Below are positions 33,056-45,806 of a stretch of 64,000 bases of DNA, in pieces. The stretch covers positions 160,238-224,237 of the forward strand of contig CACNXQ010000001.1 of the NCBI GenBank assembly GCA_902624455.1, given 5' to 3'. Source of the stretch: an uncultured Pelagibacteraceae bacterium (lineage in GTDB: Bacteria; Pseudomonadota; Alphaproteobacteria; Pelagibacterales; AG-422-B15). The notes beneath the pieces were generated by a model. That model made no database searches. It worked only from the letters and a program-made list of their open reading frames with translations, and was not told the DNA's origin. Every line of letters starts with the position of its first letter. Positions within the stretch are counted from its first letter, which is position 1. A program made the position numbers and the translations under genes.

Positions 33056-33978
33056 TATCTATTATTCTTCAATGTGTTATAATAGTCTTGTTTGATATCT
33101 GTTGACATTTTCCTGCTACCATCATGTGACCAACCTGGTGGTCCGAACAAGTACATAAATCTTGCTTTAAGAGATAGTCCTGGTTTGCAGATATCTTTAA
33201 AAATATTTGCATACTCCTCAAATAGAATTGTTAGAGGATTCAGTGTAGTCATTGGTACAACAAGTCCATAGTCGCAAGGTTCTTTTGGGTCTTCTGCAAC
33301 AAATGTCCCAAACATTCTATCCCAAATTATAAGTGTGCCAGCATAATTTGCATCAAGATACTTGGGGTTCCTTGAATGATGAACTCTGTGATGAGAAGGT
33401 GTATTGAAAATGTATTCGTACCAACGTGGAAGTTTGCCAATTGTTTGTGTATGACAGAAAAATTGATAATAACCGTTTATAAAGACACAAAATATTATCA
33501 TTACAGGATCAAAACCTATGATGACTAAAGGAATTTTGAGGAAGCGGGTACCTGTAAAATGTTTTGTCCACGGTTGTCGTGCTGCAACATCTAAAGACAT
33601 TCTCTCAGAAGAGTGGTGTGTTCTATGAAGCCCCCAACCCCATCGCCATCTGTGACATATTCTGTGATGCAAATAAAAAGTTAAATCATCGAGAATAAAA
33701 CACAGAACAAGCGCACTTAAAGTAAAAGGGAAAGTATATATCTGATATTGCTTAGCCCAAAAAAGAGCACCGAGTGTTATAAAAGCAAACAAACCGTTTA
33801 TAGGATAACTTAGAGTTCCCATAGTCATATTCAGGAAAAACTCTTTAAAGTCATTTTTCGCTCTAATTTTAAAAAAATATATAGCTAGTATTTCAAAAAT
33901 CGCTATCGCCCAAAATACTGGCATTAACATCCAAAATATTTCTAGAGGCTTATAGTCAAATAAGTACTCAACTGACAT
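33055..33978 (-). CDS. sterol desaturase / fatty-acid hydroxylase family di-iron enzyme (alkylglycerol monooxygenase-like)
   Basis: His boxes HHRICH, HRTHHSS, FCH, TPSHHRVHH, NYAGTLIIWDRMFGTF. Confidence 0.88.
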   Translation of the reverse strand: MSVEYLFDYKPLEIFWMLMPVFWAIAIFEILAIYFFKIRAKNDFKEFFLNMTMGTLSYPINGLFAFITLGALFWAKQYQIYTFPFTLSALVLCFILDDLTFYLHHRICHRWRWGWGLHRTHHSSERMSLDVAARQPWTKHFTGTRFLKIPLVIIGFDPVMIIFCVFINGYYQFFCHTQTIGKLPRWYEYIFNTPSHHRVHHSRNPKYLDANYAGTLIIWDRMFGTFVAEDPKEPCDYGLVVPMTTLNPLTILFEEYANIFKDICKPGLSLKARFMYLFGPPGWSHDGSRKMSTDIKQDYYNTLKNNR

Positions 33979-34363
33979 TTTTAAAACTTTCCAACATGTT
34001 CCCCATCATTTTATGTATTATATTAACACCCTGAAGCGGCCTGATAAATACCTTAAATTCTGTGATTAGTCCAGAGTCATTCCAAGAAATGAGGTCAATC
34101 CCATTAATATCGGTATCTTCAATAGTAAGAGTAAATTCGAGGCAGGCATGCTGCTTATGTATAACTTCTTTGTGATATTTAAAATTTGAAGCATTAAATA
34201 CTTCAGATGCAGCCATCAAATATTTTAATGTAATATCTTTCCCCCTTTGAGGTGTGTAGACGACTGGTGAATAGAAAATAACTTGATCGTCAAGTATTTC
34301 AGTAAGAGTATTATAATCGCGCAGGTTTACTACATCGTGCCACTTTGAGATAGGATTATTCAT
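33968..34363 (-). CDS. NTF2/SnoaL-like protein
   Basis: WH, FYSPVVYTPQRGK, INGIDLI, EFKVFIRP. Confidence 0.8.
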   Translation of the reverse strand: MNNPISKWHDVVNLRDYNTLTEILDDQVIFYSPVVYTPQRGKDITLKYLMAASEVFNASNFKYHKEVIHKQHACLEFTLTIEDTDINGIDLISWNDSGLITEFKVFIRPLQGVNIIHKMMGNMLESFKNVS

Positions 34364-34384
34364 TGGTAATAATATATAATTTAT

Positions 34385-35302
34385 TTACTTCTTAGCAAGA
34401 GGATGAGCCTTAGTGTATGCCTCATAAAGTCTGCCAGTCTCAACTTTAGTATATTTTTGGGTTGTCGACAGACTTGAGTGGCCTAATAGCTCTTGAATAG
34501 TCCTTAAGTCTCCCCCAGACTCTAATAGATGAGTTGCAAAACTATGTCTTAATGCGTGAGGAGTTGCTGTTTCAGGTAAAGATAAATTCTGTCTGATTTT
34601 TTCTAGCGCATATTGAATGATACGAGGACTTAGTCGTCCAAATCTTTTTCCAACAAATAATGGATCATTAGGTTCAAATTGTTTTGGACAATTCTCAACA
34701 TATAAATCAATATTTTTTTTAATATAATTCATTATTGGAACGATCCTTTCCTTATTACCTTTACCTTTAATAACTAAATGTTCTCGATCGCTTAGATCAG
34801 AAAAATTTAAGTTTAAAGCTTCCGAAATTCTTAATCCACAACCGTACAGAAGTAGTAAAATAGATTTGTTTCTGAGCCCAACCCACTTAATCTTTTCTAT
34901 TTCAACAGCATTGTTAATAGTTTGAATTGCTAATTCAGAATTTATTGGCCTCGGCAAACTTTTCTTTAATTTTGGTGTTTTTATAGTAAATATGACGGAG
35001 TCTTCAATATCTCCTTCATCAAGTAAGAAATTAAAAAAAGATTTTAAGGAAGAAATAACTCTCGCAATGGAAGTAGAATTTATATTTTTATTTCTTTGAT
35101 CACTTAAAAAACTTCTAAAATCAGATTTGGACAATTTTTTAAGTTCCTGGACCGTAACCTCAGAACTCAAATGCTGGTTTAAAAAACATATGAACTTGTC
35201 AAAATCATTTTTATAACTAATTAATGTATTTTCGCTAAGTCCACGAATTTTCTTTAGAGTTTCTAACCAGTCATTTATTTTCTGATTTAGTAACGCTTCC
35301 AC
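34385..35302 (-). CDS. xerC: tyrosine recombinase XerC
   Basis: YGCGLRISE, GKGNKER, HALRHSFATH, LGHSSLSTTQKY; next to lpdA and priA as in other alphaproteobacteria. Confidence 0.88.
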   Translation of the reverse strand: MEALLNQKINDWLETLKKIRGLSENTLISYKNDFDKFICFLNQHLSSEVTVQELKKLSKSDFRSFLSDQRNKNINSTSIARVISSLKSFFNFLLDEGDIEDSVIFTIKTPKLKKSLPRPINSELAIQTINNAVEIEKIKWVGLRNKSILLLLYGCGLRISEALNLNFSDLSDREHLVIKGKGNKERIVPIMNYIKKNIDLYVENCPKQFEPNDPLFVGKRFGRLSPRIIQYALEKIRQNLSLPETATPHALRHSFATHLLESGGDLRTIQELLGHSSLSTTQKYTKVETGRLYEAYTKAHPLAKK

Positions 35303-35306
35303 TTAA

Positions 35307-35960
35307 TCAAAGTATTTTTTGCTTTGTTTTTTTCCAATCATTTAGAAAGTCCATTAGACCTTTTTCAGTTAATGGATGTTCATAAAGCATTTCAAAAATC
35401 TTAGGAGGAATTGTAACAACATCAGCACCAATCAAAGCCGACTCCCTCACATGATCAATGTTTCGAACAGACGCAACTAGAATTTTAGTTTTAAATTGAT
35501 AATTAGTATAAATAGTTTTGATCTCTCTAATAAGCTCCATACCATTTTCATTAATATCATCTAATCTTCCAACAAATGGTGAAATATAAGTAGCCCCCGA
35601 TCTTGCAGCAATTAAAGCTTGCGTGGATGAAAAACAAAGAGTTACATTTGTCTTAATTTTTAACTTTGTAAGATGCTGACAGGCAATAAGTCCTTCTTGG
35701 GTTAAAGGAAGTTTTACAACTATATTTTTGGATACTTTTGCAAGCTTCTTTCCTTCGGCTATCATATTTTTAGAGTCAGTCGCTGTGACTTCAGCACTGA
35801 TAGGTCCTTTTACAGTCTTACTAATTTGTTTTAAAACTGTGAAAAAATTTTGTCCTGATTTAGCGATTAAAGATGGATTAGTGGTAACGCCATCAACAAG
35901 CCCAGTGGCATACATGTTCTCAATAGTTTCGACATCAGCTGAGTCTAGGAAGAAGTCCAT
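35307..35960 (-). CDS. tal: transaldolase (TalC/MipB family)
   Basis: TTNPSL, ISAEV (Glu), VKLP, SPFVGR (Phe); the Glu/Phe pair indicates transaldolase rather than FSA. Confidence 0.88.
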   Translation of the reverse strand: MDFFLDSADVETIENMYATGLVDGVTTNPSLIAKSGQNFFTVLKQISKTVKGPISAEVTATDSKNMIAEGKKLAKVSKNIVVKLPLTQEGLIACQHLTKLKIKTNVTLCFSSTQALIAARSGATYISPFVGRLDDINENGMELIREIKTIYTNYQFKTKILVASVRNIDHVRESALIGADVVTIPPKIFEMLYEHPLTEKGLMDFLNDWKKTKQKIL

Positions 35961-36018
35961 AACTTATATACTTTATTTCTTATAGTTTATATCATGATAA
36001 GTGAATCAAATAAATATA

Positions 36019-38013
36019 ATGCAAAAAAAATATTATTTTGTAGACGTTCTTCTCGCTCACAACATTGATAATGATCTAACATATAAGATTTACTCTGAAA
36101 ATAAACCCACGACAGGGTCAATTATAATGGCCCCACTAAAGTCAAAACACAAAATTGGAATTATTGTTGCGGTAAAAGAACAAGTTGAAATAAGTGATTA
36201 TAAAATAAAAAATATTTTAAGTCAGTCAATTGAGAAGCCATTAAATCGTAAGATCATTAAATTTTTAGAATGGGTATCAAGTTATAATTGTATAAAAAGA
36301 GGGCTTGTATTGAAGATGATACTTTCACAAGAAAAGTATTACTTTAAAAAAAATCAAATTAAAAATGAGCATATAGTAAATACTGTTGTTAAAGAAACTG
36401 TGAAATTGAGTGGTAAACAAGAAACAGTTGTAAAAAAACTATCTAAAATTTGTAAAAGTAATCAGTACACAACAACTCTTTTAGATGGCGTGCCAGGATC
36501 AGGTAAAACTGAAATTTACTTTGAAATTGTAAGAGAAAAGATTGAAGAAAATAATCAAGTATTAATAATGTTTCCTGAAGTATCTCTCTCAAATGAATTT
36601 GTGATAAGATTAGAAAAGCGGTTTGGTTTAAAACCTGAAGTATGGCATTCTAAAATTTCTCCTTCACAGAAAAAAAAGTCTTTAGATCGCATTATTAAGG
36701 GTGAATCAAAAATTGTTATTGGTGCAAGATCGTCTCTTTTTTTACCGTTTCCTAAGTTGGGGCTAATAATAATAGATGAGGAACATGACACTTCATTTAA
36801 ACAAGAAGAACAAGGAATATATCATGCAAGAGATATGTCTGTTGTAAGGGCTACGATTGAAAAAATCCCACTCATACTTGTTAGTGCAACACCCTCACTT
36901 GAAAGTAAATACAATGTACTTTTGAAAAAGTATCATCGAGTAACATTGAAAGAAAAATATTTTTCTAACTTAAAATTGATAACCAAAATTATTGATATGA
37001 GTAAAGAAAAATTAAAAAAGGATCAGTGGGTATCTAACTCACTTAAAGTAGAAATTGAGAGCGCTTTAAAAGTAAGAAAACAATCACTTCTTTTTATAAA
37101 TAAGCGGGGGTATGCACCAGTTATAATATGCAAGTCTTGTGGTTATAAATTTGTATGTAAAAACTGTTCTAGTTATATGGTTGAGCATGTAAAAAAAAGA
37201 AAATTACTTTGTCATCATTGCGGTCACAATATCAATAATACGAAAATAGAATGTATCAATTGTGATAACAAAAATGAAAACTTTATTGATTATGGTGTTG
37301 GAGTTGAAAAGGTATTTTCTGAAATATCTAAATTATTTCCTTTATCAAAAGTGTGTATTTTATCAAGTGATCACATTAAGTCACAAGAAGACATGGCAAT
37401 CAAAGTTAATGAAATACAAAAAAATAAGTATGACATTATCATAGGCACTCAAATCATAACCAAGGGGTACCATTTCCCAGATCTTGCTTGTGTTGGAATA
37501 ATTGATGCAGATATGACACTTAGAGGAGGAGATATAAGAGCCTCAGAAAAAACCTACCAATTACTTTACCAAGTTGCTGGGCGAGCTGGGCGAGCTCAAA
37601 CCCAAGGAAAAGTTATTATTCAAACATATAATCCAGCTAATGAGACAATTTTATCCTTCAAAAATTTAGATCGTGACCAGTTCTATGAAAATGAAATTAC
37701 ATATCGAAGAGAAAACCAACTACCTCCAATTGGTAAAATGGCGTCTTTAATTATCAGTGGAAACAATGAAGTGCACGTCAGGAAGCAATGCTCATTTTTG
37801 TCTCAAACACAGCCCCACATAGAGTCATTAGAAATATATGGTCCAGCTCCAGCTCCATTATCTAGATTGAAAGGAAAGTTCAGACAGAGGTTCCTAATTC
37901 ATGATAAAAAAGCAAGAAATATGCAAAAAATAGTGAATTCTTGGTTGTCTTCTAATAAACCGGTCTCAGGAGTGAATGTATTTGTGGATATTGATCCGTA
38001 TAGCTTTGTATAA
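36019..38013 (+). CDS. priA: primosomal protein N' (replication restart helicase)
   Basis: GVPGSGKTE, DEEH, SATPS, CxxC zinc motifs, QVAGRAGR, VDIDP; start 36001 (GTG) or 36019 (ATG). Confidence 0.95.
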   Translation: MQKKYYFVDVLLAHNIDNDLTYKIYSENKPTTGSIIMAPLKSKHKIGIIVAVKEQVEISDYKIKNILSQSIEKPLNRKIIKFLEWVSSYNCIKRGLVLKMILSQEKYYFKKNQIKNEHIVNTVVKETVKLSGKQETVVKKLSKICKSNQYTTTLLDGVPGSGKTEIYFEIVREKIEENNQVLIMFPEVSLSNEFVIRLEKRFGLKPEVWHSKISPSQKKKSLDRIIKGESKIVIGARSSLFLPFPKLGLIIIDEEHDTSFKQEEQGIYHARDMSVVRATIEKIPLILVSATPSLESKYNVLLKKYHRVTLKEKYFSNLKLITKIIDMSKEKLKKDQWVSNSLKVEIESALKVRKQSLLFINKRGYAPVIICKSCGYKFVCKNCSSYMVEHVKKRKLLCHHCGHNINNTKIECINCDNKNENFIDYGVGVEKVFSEISKLFPLSKVCILSSDHIKSQEDMAIKVNEIQKNKYDIIIGTQIITKGYHFPDLACVGIIDADMTLRGGDIRASEKTYQLLYQVAGRAGRAQTQGKVIIQTYNPANETILSFKNLDRDQFYENEITYRRENQLPPIGKMASLIISGNNEVHVRKQCSFLSQTQPHIESLEIYGPAPAPLSRLKGKFRQRFLIHDKKARNMQKIVNSWLSSNKPVSGVNVFVDIDPYSFV

Positions 38014-38100
38014 AACTTCAAAATGCGTCATTCCTATACTTGAAAAAATAACAAGTTAATGGTACGGAAAGAGTAACTTTTTAAGAAAATTTCTATAAAA

Positions 38101-38661
38101 ATGTCCGATTTTAGCACACGTCAAATTGCTTCAGCCGAAAGGTATGCAAATGCCCTATTCCAACTTGCTAAAGAAGCAAAAGTTTTAGACTCTGTTTCGG
38201 ACGAGCTAAATAAAATTAAACAACTGATGGAAACAGATACTGAATTTGCTTCAGCTATAAAAAACCCATCAGTTAGCAAAAAAAATAAAATTAATATTTT
38301 TGATATAATTTCAGAAAAACTCGAATTATCTAAACTCACTAAAAATTTTATAGGGGTTATAATAAATAAAAATAGAATAAATTATTTGTTGAATATTGCA
38401 CAATCCTTTAAAAATTTAATCTCAGTTCATAAAGGTAATAGGGTTGCTAAAATTACATCTGCACAAGCATTATCGGACGAACAATTACAGGAAATTAAAA
38501 CAAACCTTAATCAGAAGTTTGATTCAGATTTTAATCTTAATGTTAATGTTGATCCAAATTTAATCGGAGGATTAAAAATACAAATTGGTAGTCAAATGAT
38601 CGACAGTAGTATTAAAAATCAATTACAATTACTTAAAGAAAAAATGAAAGAGGTCGCATAA
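38101..38661 (+). CDS. atpH: ATP synthase delta subunit
   Basis: RYANALF, VDPNLIGG, MIDSS. Confidence 0.95.
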   Translation: MSDFSTRQIASAERYANALFQLAKEAKVLDSVSDELNKIKQLMETDTEFASAIKNPSVSKKNKINIFDIISEKLELSKLTKNFIGVIINKNRINYLLNIAQSFKNLISVHKGNRVAKITSAQALSDEQLQEIKTNLNQKFDSDFNLNVNVDPNLIGGLKIQIGSQMIDSSIKNQLQLLKEKMKEVA

Positions 38662-40188
38662 ATGGACATTCAACCATCAGAAATATCTAAAATACTTAAA
38701 GAAGAAATCAAAAATTTTGGAACTGACTCAGAGATCACAGAAGTTGGTCAGGTCCTTTCAATTGGTGATGGAATTGCCAGAATTTACGGATTGGATAATG
38801 TTCAAGCTGGAGAGATGGTACTTTTTGACGATGGAACAAAAGGTATGGCACTTAACTTAGAGGATGACAATGTCGGTGTTGTTTTGTTTGGAAGTGATTC
38901 AAATATTAAAGAAGGTGATACTGTAAAGAGAACAAATGCAATTGTTGATGTTCCAGTTGGAAAAGAATTGCTTGGGCGAGTGGTTGATGCACTTGGTAAT
39001 CCTATTGATGGAAAAGGAAATATTGAGTCACAAAATCGAAGCCGAATAGAAGTTAAAGCTCCTGGTATAATACCGAGACAGTCAGTTTCGGAACCTATGC
39101 AGACTGGATTGAAAGCAATCGACAGTTTGATTCCTGTAGGAAGAGGTCAAAGGGAGCTAATTATTGGAGACAGGCAAACAGGTAAAACAGCAATTGCTAT
39201 TGATACAATTATTAATCAGAAAACAATAAATGAGTCTGACGATGAGTCTAAAAAACTTTATTGTATTTATGTTGGTATTGGTCAAAAAAGATCATCAATT
39301 GCGCAAACGGTAAAAGCATTAGAGGATGCTGGAGCAATGGAATATACAACAGTAGTTGCCGCGACAGCAAGTGATGCTGCACCGTTACAATTTCTTGCAC
39401 CGTATACTGGTTGTTCTATGGGAGAGTATTTCAGAGATAATGGAATGCACGCATTGATTATTTATGATGACCTTTCTAAACAAGCTGTTGCTTATAGACA
39501 GATGTCCCTTTTACTTAGAAGACCTCCGGGACGTGAAGCTTTTCCAGGTGATGTATTTTACCTACATAGCAGACTTCTTGAGAGAGCAGCAAAGATGAAT
39601 GATGAAAATGGAGGTGGATCTCTTACTGCACTACCTGTAATTGAGACACAGGCAAATGACGTGAGTGCGTTTATTCCAACCAATGTTATCTCAATCACTG
39701 ATGGCCAAATATTTTTAGAAACAGAACTTTTTAACCAGGGTATTCGACCAGCCGTTAATGTTGGCTTGAGTGTGTCACGTGTTGGTTCAGCTGCACAGAC
39801 TAAGGCTATGAAAAAAGTCGCAGGCTCTATTAAGCTTGAACTTGCTCAATATAGAGAAATGGCTGCCTTTGCACAATTTGGATCAGACCTCGACGCCTCA
39901 ACACAAAAGCTTTTAAATCGTGGATCAAAGTTAACAGAGTTACTTAAACAAAACCAGTACTCACCAATGACCATTGCTGAACAAGTTGTTTCCATTTTTA
40001 CAGGTGTTAATGGTTATTTGGACGATTTAGATGTCAGTCAAATTAGAGATTTTGAGAGAGATTTATATGATTTAATCAAATCATCTCATTCTGATCTTAT
40101 TGAGTCCATTAATTCAAGTGGAAATCTTGATGACGATGTTTCTGCTAAGTTAACTTCAATTATAGAAGATTTTAAGAAAAGTAGATAA
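38662..40188 (+). CDS. atpA: ATP synthase alpha subunit
   Basis: [37 protein letters not shown]. Confidence 0.98.
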   Translation: MDIQPSEISKILKEEIKNFGTDSEITEVGQVLSIGDGIARIYGLDNVQAGEMVLFDDGTKGMALNLEDDNVGVVLFGSDSNIKEGDTVKRTNAIVDVPVGKELLGRVVDALGNPIDGKGNIESQNRSRIEVKAPGIIPRQSVSEPMQTGLKAIDSLIPVGRGQRELIIGDRQTGKTAIAIDTIINQKTINESDDESKKLYCIYVGIGQKRSSIAQTVKALEDAGAMEYTTVVAATASDAAPLQFLAPYTGCSMGEYFRDNGMHALIIYDDLSKQAVAYRQMSLLLRRPPGREAFPGDVFYLHSRLLERAAKMNDENGGGSLTALPVIETQANDVSAFIPTNVISITDGQIFLETELFNQGIRPAVNVGLSVSRVGSAAQTKAMKKVAGSIKLELAQYREMAAFAQFGSDLDASTQKLLNRGSKLTELLKQNQYSPMTIAEQVVSIFTGVNGYLDDLDVSQIRDFERDLYDLIKSSHSDLIESINSSGNLDDDVSAKLTSIIEDFKKSR

Positions 40189-40196
40189 ACAACCTT

Positions 40197-42523
<2,327 letters not shown>

Positions 42524-42541
42524 CAAAAATAGTAAAGCATT

Positions 42542-42916
42542 ATGTTCAATTTTAAAGTTGTCACACCTGAAAAAACTTATTTAGAAGGCGAAGCAAGCAT
42601 GGTTGTCCTTCCTGGGATTGAAGGTGATCTAGGTATTTTGCCTGATCATTCAAATATTATAACCTCTGTAAGACCGGGATTTGTGAACATAGACTCTACA
42701 GACAATTATCAGTTTTTTGTTGAGGAAGGTTTTATTAAATTTTCTGAAAATGAACTTCTTGTTGTTGCAGTGGGTATTGTCGATAAAGAAGAAGTAAATA
42801 ATGATTTATTGAATGAAAAGATTGAACAGCTTGTAGGCCAAATCGAAGGGGCTGACGAAAAAAATAAATCTAAACTTCAAAATAAAATTGACTGTTTAAA
42901 ACTTCTACTCAATTGA
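42542..42916 (+). CDS. atpC: ATP synthase epsilon subunit
   Basis: VVTPE, PGIEGDLGILPDH; last gene of the F1 operon. Confidence 0.93.
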   Translation: MFNFKVVTPEKTYLEGEASMVVLPGIEGDLGILPDHSNIITSVRPGFVNIDSTDNYQFFVEEGFIKFSENELLVVAVGIVDKEEVNNDLLNEKIEQLVGQIEGADEKNKSKLQNKIDCLKLLLN

Positions 42917-43405
42917 TCCAAGAATATTATCAAATTCTTTAAATACAGATTTATATAACTTTGATTTAAATGGAACAATCAGTTTCAAAATTTCATTTTT
43001 TGTAGACCATCTCCAAGTTTGAAATTCAGGTCTCTTAGTTTTTATGTTTATTTCATTATCACTTCCGTAAAAATCAATAACATACCATCGTTGCTTCTGT
43101 CCTACGTATCTTCCTCTCCATAATTTTTTTTGTAAATGCATAGGTAAGTCATAATAATGCCAATCATTTGACTCATGGGTAACTCTAAAGTTTTTTTTGA
43201 TGCCTGTTTCTTCCTGCATCTCTCTCTTGGCAGCTTCGATTGCTTTTTCACCTCGGTCTATTCCACCTTGTGGCATTTGCCATGCTGCTTTATCTTTATC
43301 GAATCTTTGTCCAATAAAAATTTTCCTCTTTTTATTTAGTATGATAACTCCAACACCTCTGCGATATCGTTTTATTTTTTTGCTCTCTGATGAAAATTTA
43401 TTCAT
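42905..43405 (-). CDS. rppH: RNA pyrophosphohydrolase
   Basis: YRRGVG, WQMPQGGID, Nudix box GE...AAKREMQEETG, GQKQRW, IVPFK. Confidence 0.93.
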   Translation of the reverse strand: MNKFSSESKKIKRYRRGVGVIILNKKRKIFIGQRFDKDKAAWQMPQGGIDRGEKAIEAAKREMQEETGIKKNFRVTHESNDWHYYDLPMHLQKKLWRGRYVGQKQRWYVIDFYGSDNEINIKTKRPEFQTWRWSTKNEILKLIVPFKSKLYKSVFKEFDNILGSIE

Positions 43406-43419
43406 CTTTAAACTTAATC

Positions 43420-44571
43420 TTATTCAATTTCATTAGACAACAAGTTTAATGCATATTCTAATTGGTTGTCTTTCGCCTCTTCTTGATTCTCATCTTCGTA
43501 AATAAACTCAACTTCTATATCCGGTGTAATACCAATTTCATGTATAGAATCTCCTGAAGGTGTAAAATATAGAGCTGTTGTCATCTTAATAGCACTTGAG
43601 TCTTTTAACGGAAAAATAGTTTGAACTGAGCCTTTGCCATATGACTGTTCTCCAAGAATTATTGCTCTTTTATGATCTTGAAGAGCACCAGCAACAATTT
43701 CAGAAGCAGATGCGGAACCCTGATTTATAAGAATAATTATAGGTTTTCCATCAGTAATATCTCCTCTAGAAGCACTGAATCTGGAAATATCTTTTTTATT
43801 TCGCCCCTTTATTGAAACTATTTCTCCGGTATCTAGGAAATTGTCAGTTACTTTTGCTGACTGGTCTAAAAGTCCACCAGGATTACTTCTGAGATCAAGA
43901 ATGAAACCAACTAAATTTGACTCTCCAATTTCATTTGTCAAACTTTGGACTGCATTTTTAATTCCTTTATCGGCTTGTTCACTAAAAGAAATTAATCGTA
44001 TGTATCCTACATCACCCTCTCTATTAAATTTAACCGCCCTTACAGTAATGATTGCTCTTTTAATCTCTACGTTAATTGGATCTTCTTCACCTATTCGGAC
44101 GATAGTAATAATAATATTGGAACCAACTGGACCTCTTAGCATTTCAACAGCGTCTTGCAAAGATAGACCCAAAACACCGGTATTGTCTATATGAGTAATA
44201 TAGTCTCCGGGTCTAATACCAGCTTTTGCAGCTGGAGTATCATCAATAGGTGAAATTACTTTCACATATCCATTTTCCATAGTCACTTCGATACCTAACC
44301 CACCAAATTCACCTCTAGTCTCTTCCTGCATTTCAACATAAATTTCAGTATTCATGTATCCTGAGTGTGGATCTAAGGATTGAAGCATTCCATTGATAGC
44401 GTACTCAATGACTTCTTTATCATTAACATCCTCGACATAATTTTTTTTAATAATGTCAAAAACATCACCAAAAACATCTAATTTTTGGTAAAGGTCTTTA
44501 TTACTAGCCGAAAGAAATGAAGAAGCTACCAAAGATATAAGAAAAATGAATATTATAGTTATAGGTCGCAT
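43420..44571 (-). CDS. ctpA: carboxyl-terminal processing protease (S41)
   Basis: LDPHS, PDZ GGLG, DLRSNPGG, SASASEI, GKGSVQ. Confidence 0.93.
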   Translation of the reverse strand: MRPITIIFIFLISLVASSFLSASNKDLYQKLDVFGDVFDIIKKNYVEDVNDKEVIEYAINGMLQSLDPHSGYMNTEIYVEMQEETRGEFGGLGIEVTMENGYVKVISPIDDTPAAKAGIRPGDYITHIDNTGVLGLSLQDAVEMLRGPVGSNIIITIVRIGEEDPINVEIKRAIITVRAVKFNREGDVGYIRLISFSEQADKGIKNAVQSLTNEIGESNLVGFILDLRSNPGGLLDQSAKVTDNFLDTGEIVSIKGRNKKDISRFSASRGDITDGKPIIILINQGSASASEIVAGALQDHKRAIILGEQSYGKGSVQTIFPLKDSSAIKMTTALYFTPSGDSIHEIGITPDIEVEFIYEDENQEEAKDNQLEYALNLLSNEIE

Positions 44572-44572
44572 G

Positions 44573-45013
44573 TTAATTTCTATGATATGGATGATTAATT
44601 TTTATTGTAGCAGATCTGTATATTTGTTCTAATAAAATTATAGCTGCAAAAGAATGTGTAAAAGTCATCTTACTTAAAGATAAAATTTGATCAGATTGAT
44701 CAAGGGTCATTTCCGTCAAACCATCCGTACCGCCAATAAAAAAAACTATTTTTTTGAAATTATTATTAAAAATCAGATTAGAAAACTCTTTGCTTGTAAA
44801 TGTTTTTCCCGTTTCATCCAATGAGATAAAAAAATCAGATTTTTTTTTATTTTTTATTATTTCACTAATTTTTTTGTTAGAACACTGTACTTCTTTAAAA
44901 TGATTTATAATCTTATTTTCTTTAAGAGCCTCAATTCTATTTTTATATTTTTCAAAAAGCTTTTTTTCGTGATTAAATTTAAATTTATCTTGATAAATTA
45001 AATCAATATTCAT
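44573..45013 (-). CDS. rlmH: 23S rRNA pseudouridine1915-N3 methyltransferase
   Basis: LDETG, FIGGTDG, LSKMTFTH, EQIYR, HPYH. Confidence 0.92.
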   Translation of the reverse strand: MNIDLIYQDKFKFNHEKKLFEKYKNRIEALKENKIINHFKEVQCSNKKISEIIKNKKKSDFFISLDETGKTFTSKEFSNLIFNNNFKKIVFFIGGTDGLTEMTLDQSDQILSLSKMTFTHSFAAIILLEQIYRSATIKINHPYHRN

Positions 45014-45025
45014 TCGATTTTACTT

Positions 45026-45349
45026 TCATTGAATTTCAGCAGACCACATATTTTCTAAATTATAAAACTTTCTAATCTCATCTTTAAAAAGATGAACTAT
45101 CACATCTCCACCATCAATAACGATCCAACCACTATCATTTTTACCCTCAACTGATGGTAGTGGTATGTTGAGTTTCTTTAATTTTTGATTTATTGCCTCA
45201 GAAATAGATCCTATATGCCTGTTTGATGTGCCTGTAGCAAAAATCAAGTAATCAGTAAGAGATGTTTTTTCAGAGACGTTTATTGATACTATATCTAACG
45301 CTTTGTTATCCTCTAACTCAAATAATATTTTTTCAACGAGTTTAGTCAT
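45026..45349 (-). CDS. rsfS: ribosome silencing factor
   Basis: LEDNKA.DI, TGTSNRH, WIVIDGGDVIVHLF, R.FYNLE.MW; likely start MTKLVE at 45349. Confidence 0.93.
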   Translation of the reverse strand: MTKLVEKILFELEDNKALDIVSINVSEKTSLTDYLIFATGTSNRHIGSISEAINQKLKKLNIPLPSVEGKNDSGWIVIDGGDVIVHLFKDEIRKFYNLENMWSAEIQ

Positions 45350-45803
45350 TAGTAACAGTAAGATAATAATTATAAAAATCTTCATCTCGCTCGTAACCTA
45401 ATTTCTCATAGAGACTTTGTGCAGTAGTATTATTTTTTGCAGTTGATAATTCAATGCCAGAAATATTATTTGTTTTCGCAAATTCCAATGCTGCAGACAT
45501 TAATTTTTTGCCAAATCCTTGTGTTCTATATTCAGACCTAACGTATAGATCATACAAAACTATTTTTTTAGATAATTCTAATGAGTCGAATGTGGTATAA
45601 AGCTGAACAAGACCAATACACTCATTGTTGTTTTCAAAAAAAAATATATCCGCTTCATTATTATCTAGTCTTTCTTTAATATACTTTTTACATATTTCTA
45701 CATCAGACTCCTTTTTGTAGAACTGTCTGTATAGGTCAAAAACCTCTCCGATTTTTTCAGCATCTTTAGTGTTTGCTTTTTTTAATACTATTTGTTCTGT
45801 CAA
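45342..45803 (-). CDS. GNAT family N-acetyltransferase
   Basis: FDLYRQFY, LYDLYV...RTQGFGKKL, NTTAQSLYEKLGY; TTG start with AGGAGG SD. Confidence 0.88.
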   Translation of the reverse strand: MTEQIVLKKANTKDAEKIGEVFDLYRQFYKKESDVEICKKYIKERLDNNEADIFFFENNNECIGLVQLYTTFDSLELSKKIVLYDLYVRSEYRTQGFGKKLMSAALEFAKTNNISGIELSTAKNNTTAQSLYEKLGYERDEDFYNYYLTVTND

Positions 45804-45806
45804 TTA

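Noticed and set aside
34385-35302. Tyrosine recombinase as a phage or island integrase
   Set aside because: Size, motifs and lpdA/priA context fit housekeeping XerC; no att repeats, tRNA or phage genes nearby
37576-37596. GCTGGGCGA direct repeat in priA
   Set aside because: Simply encodes helicase motif VI AGRAGR
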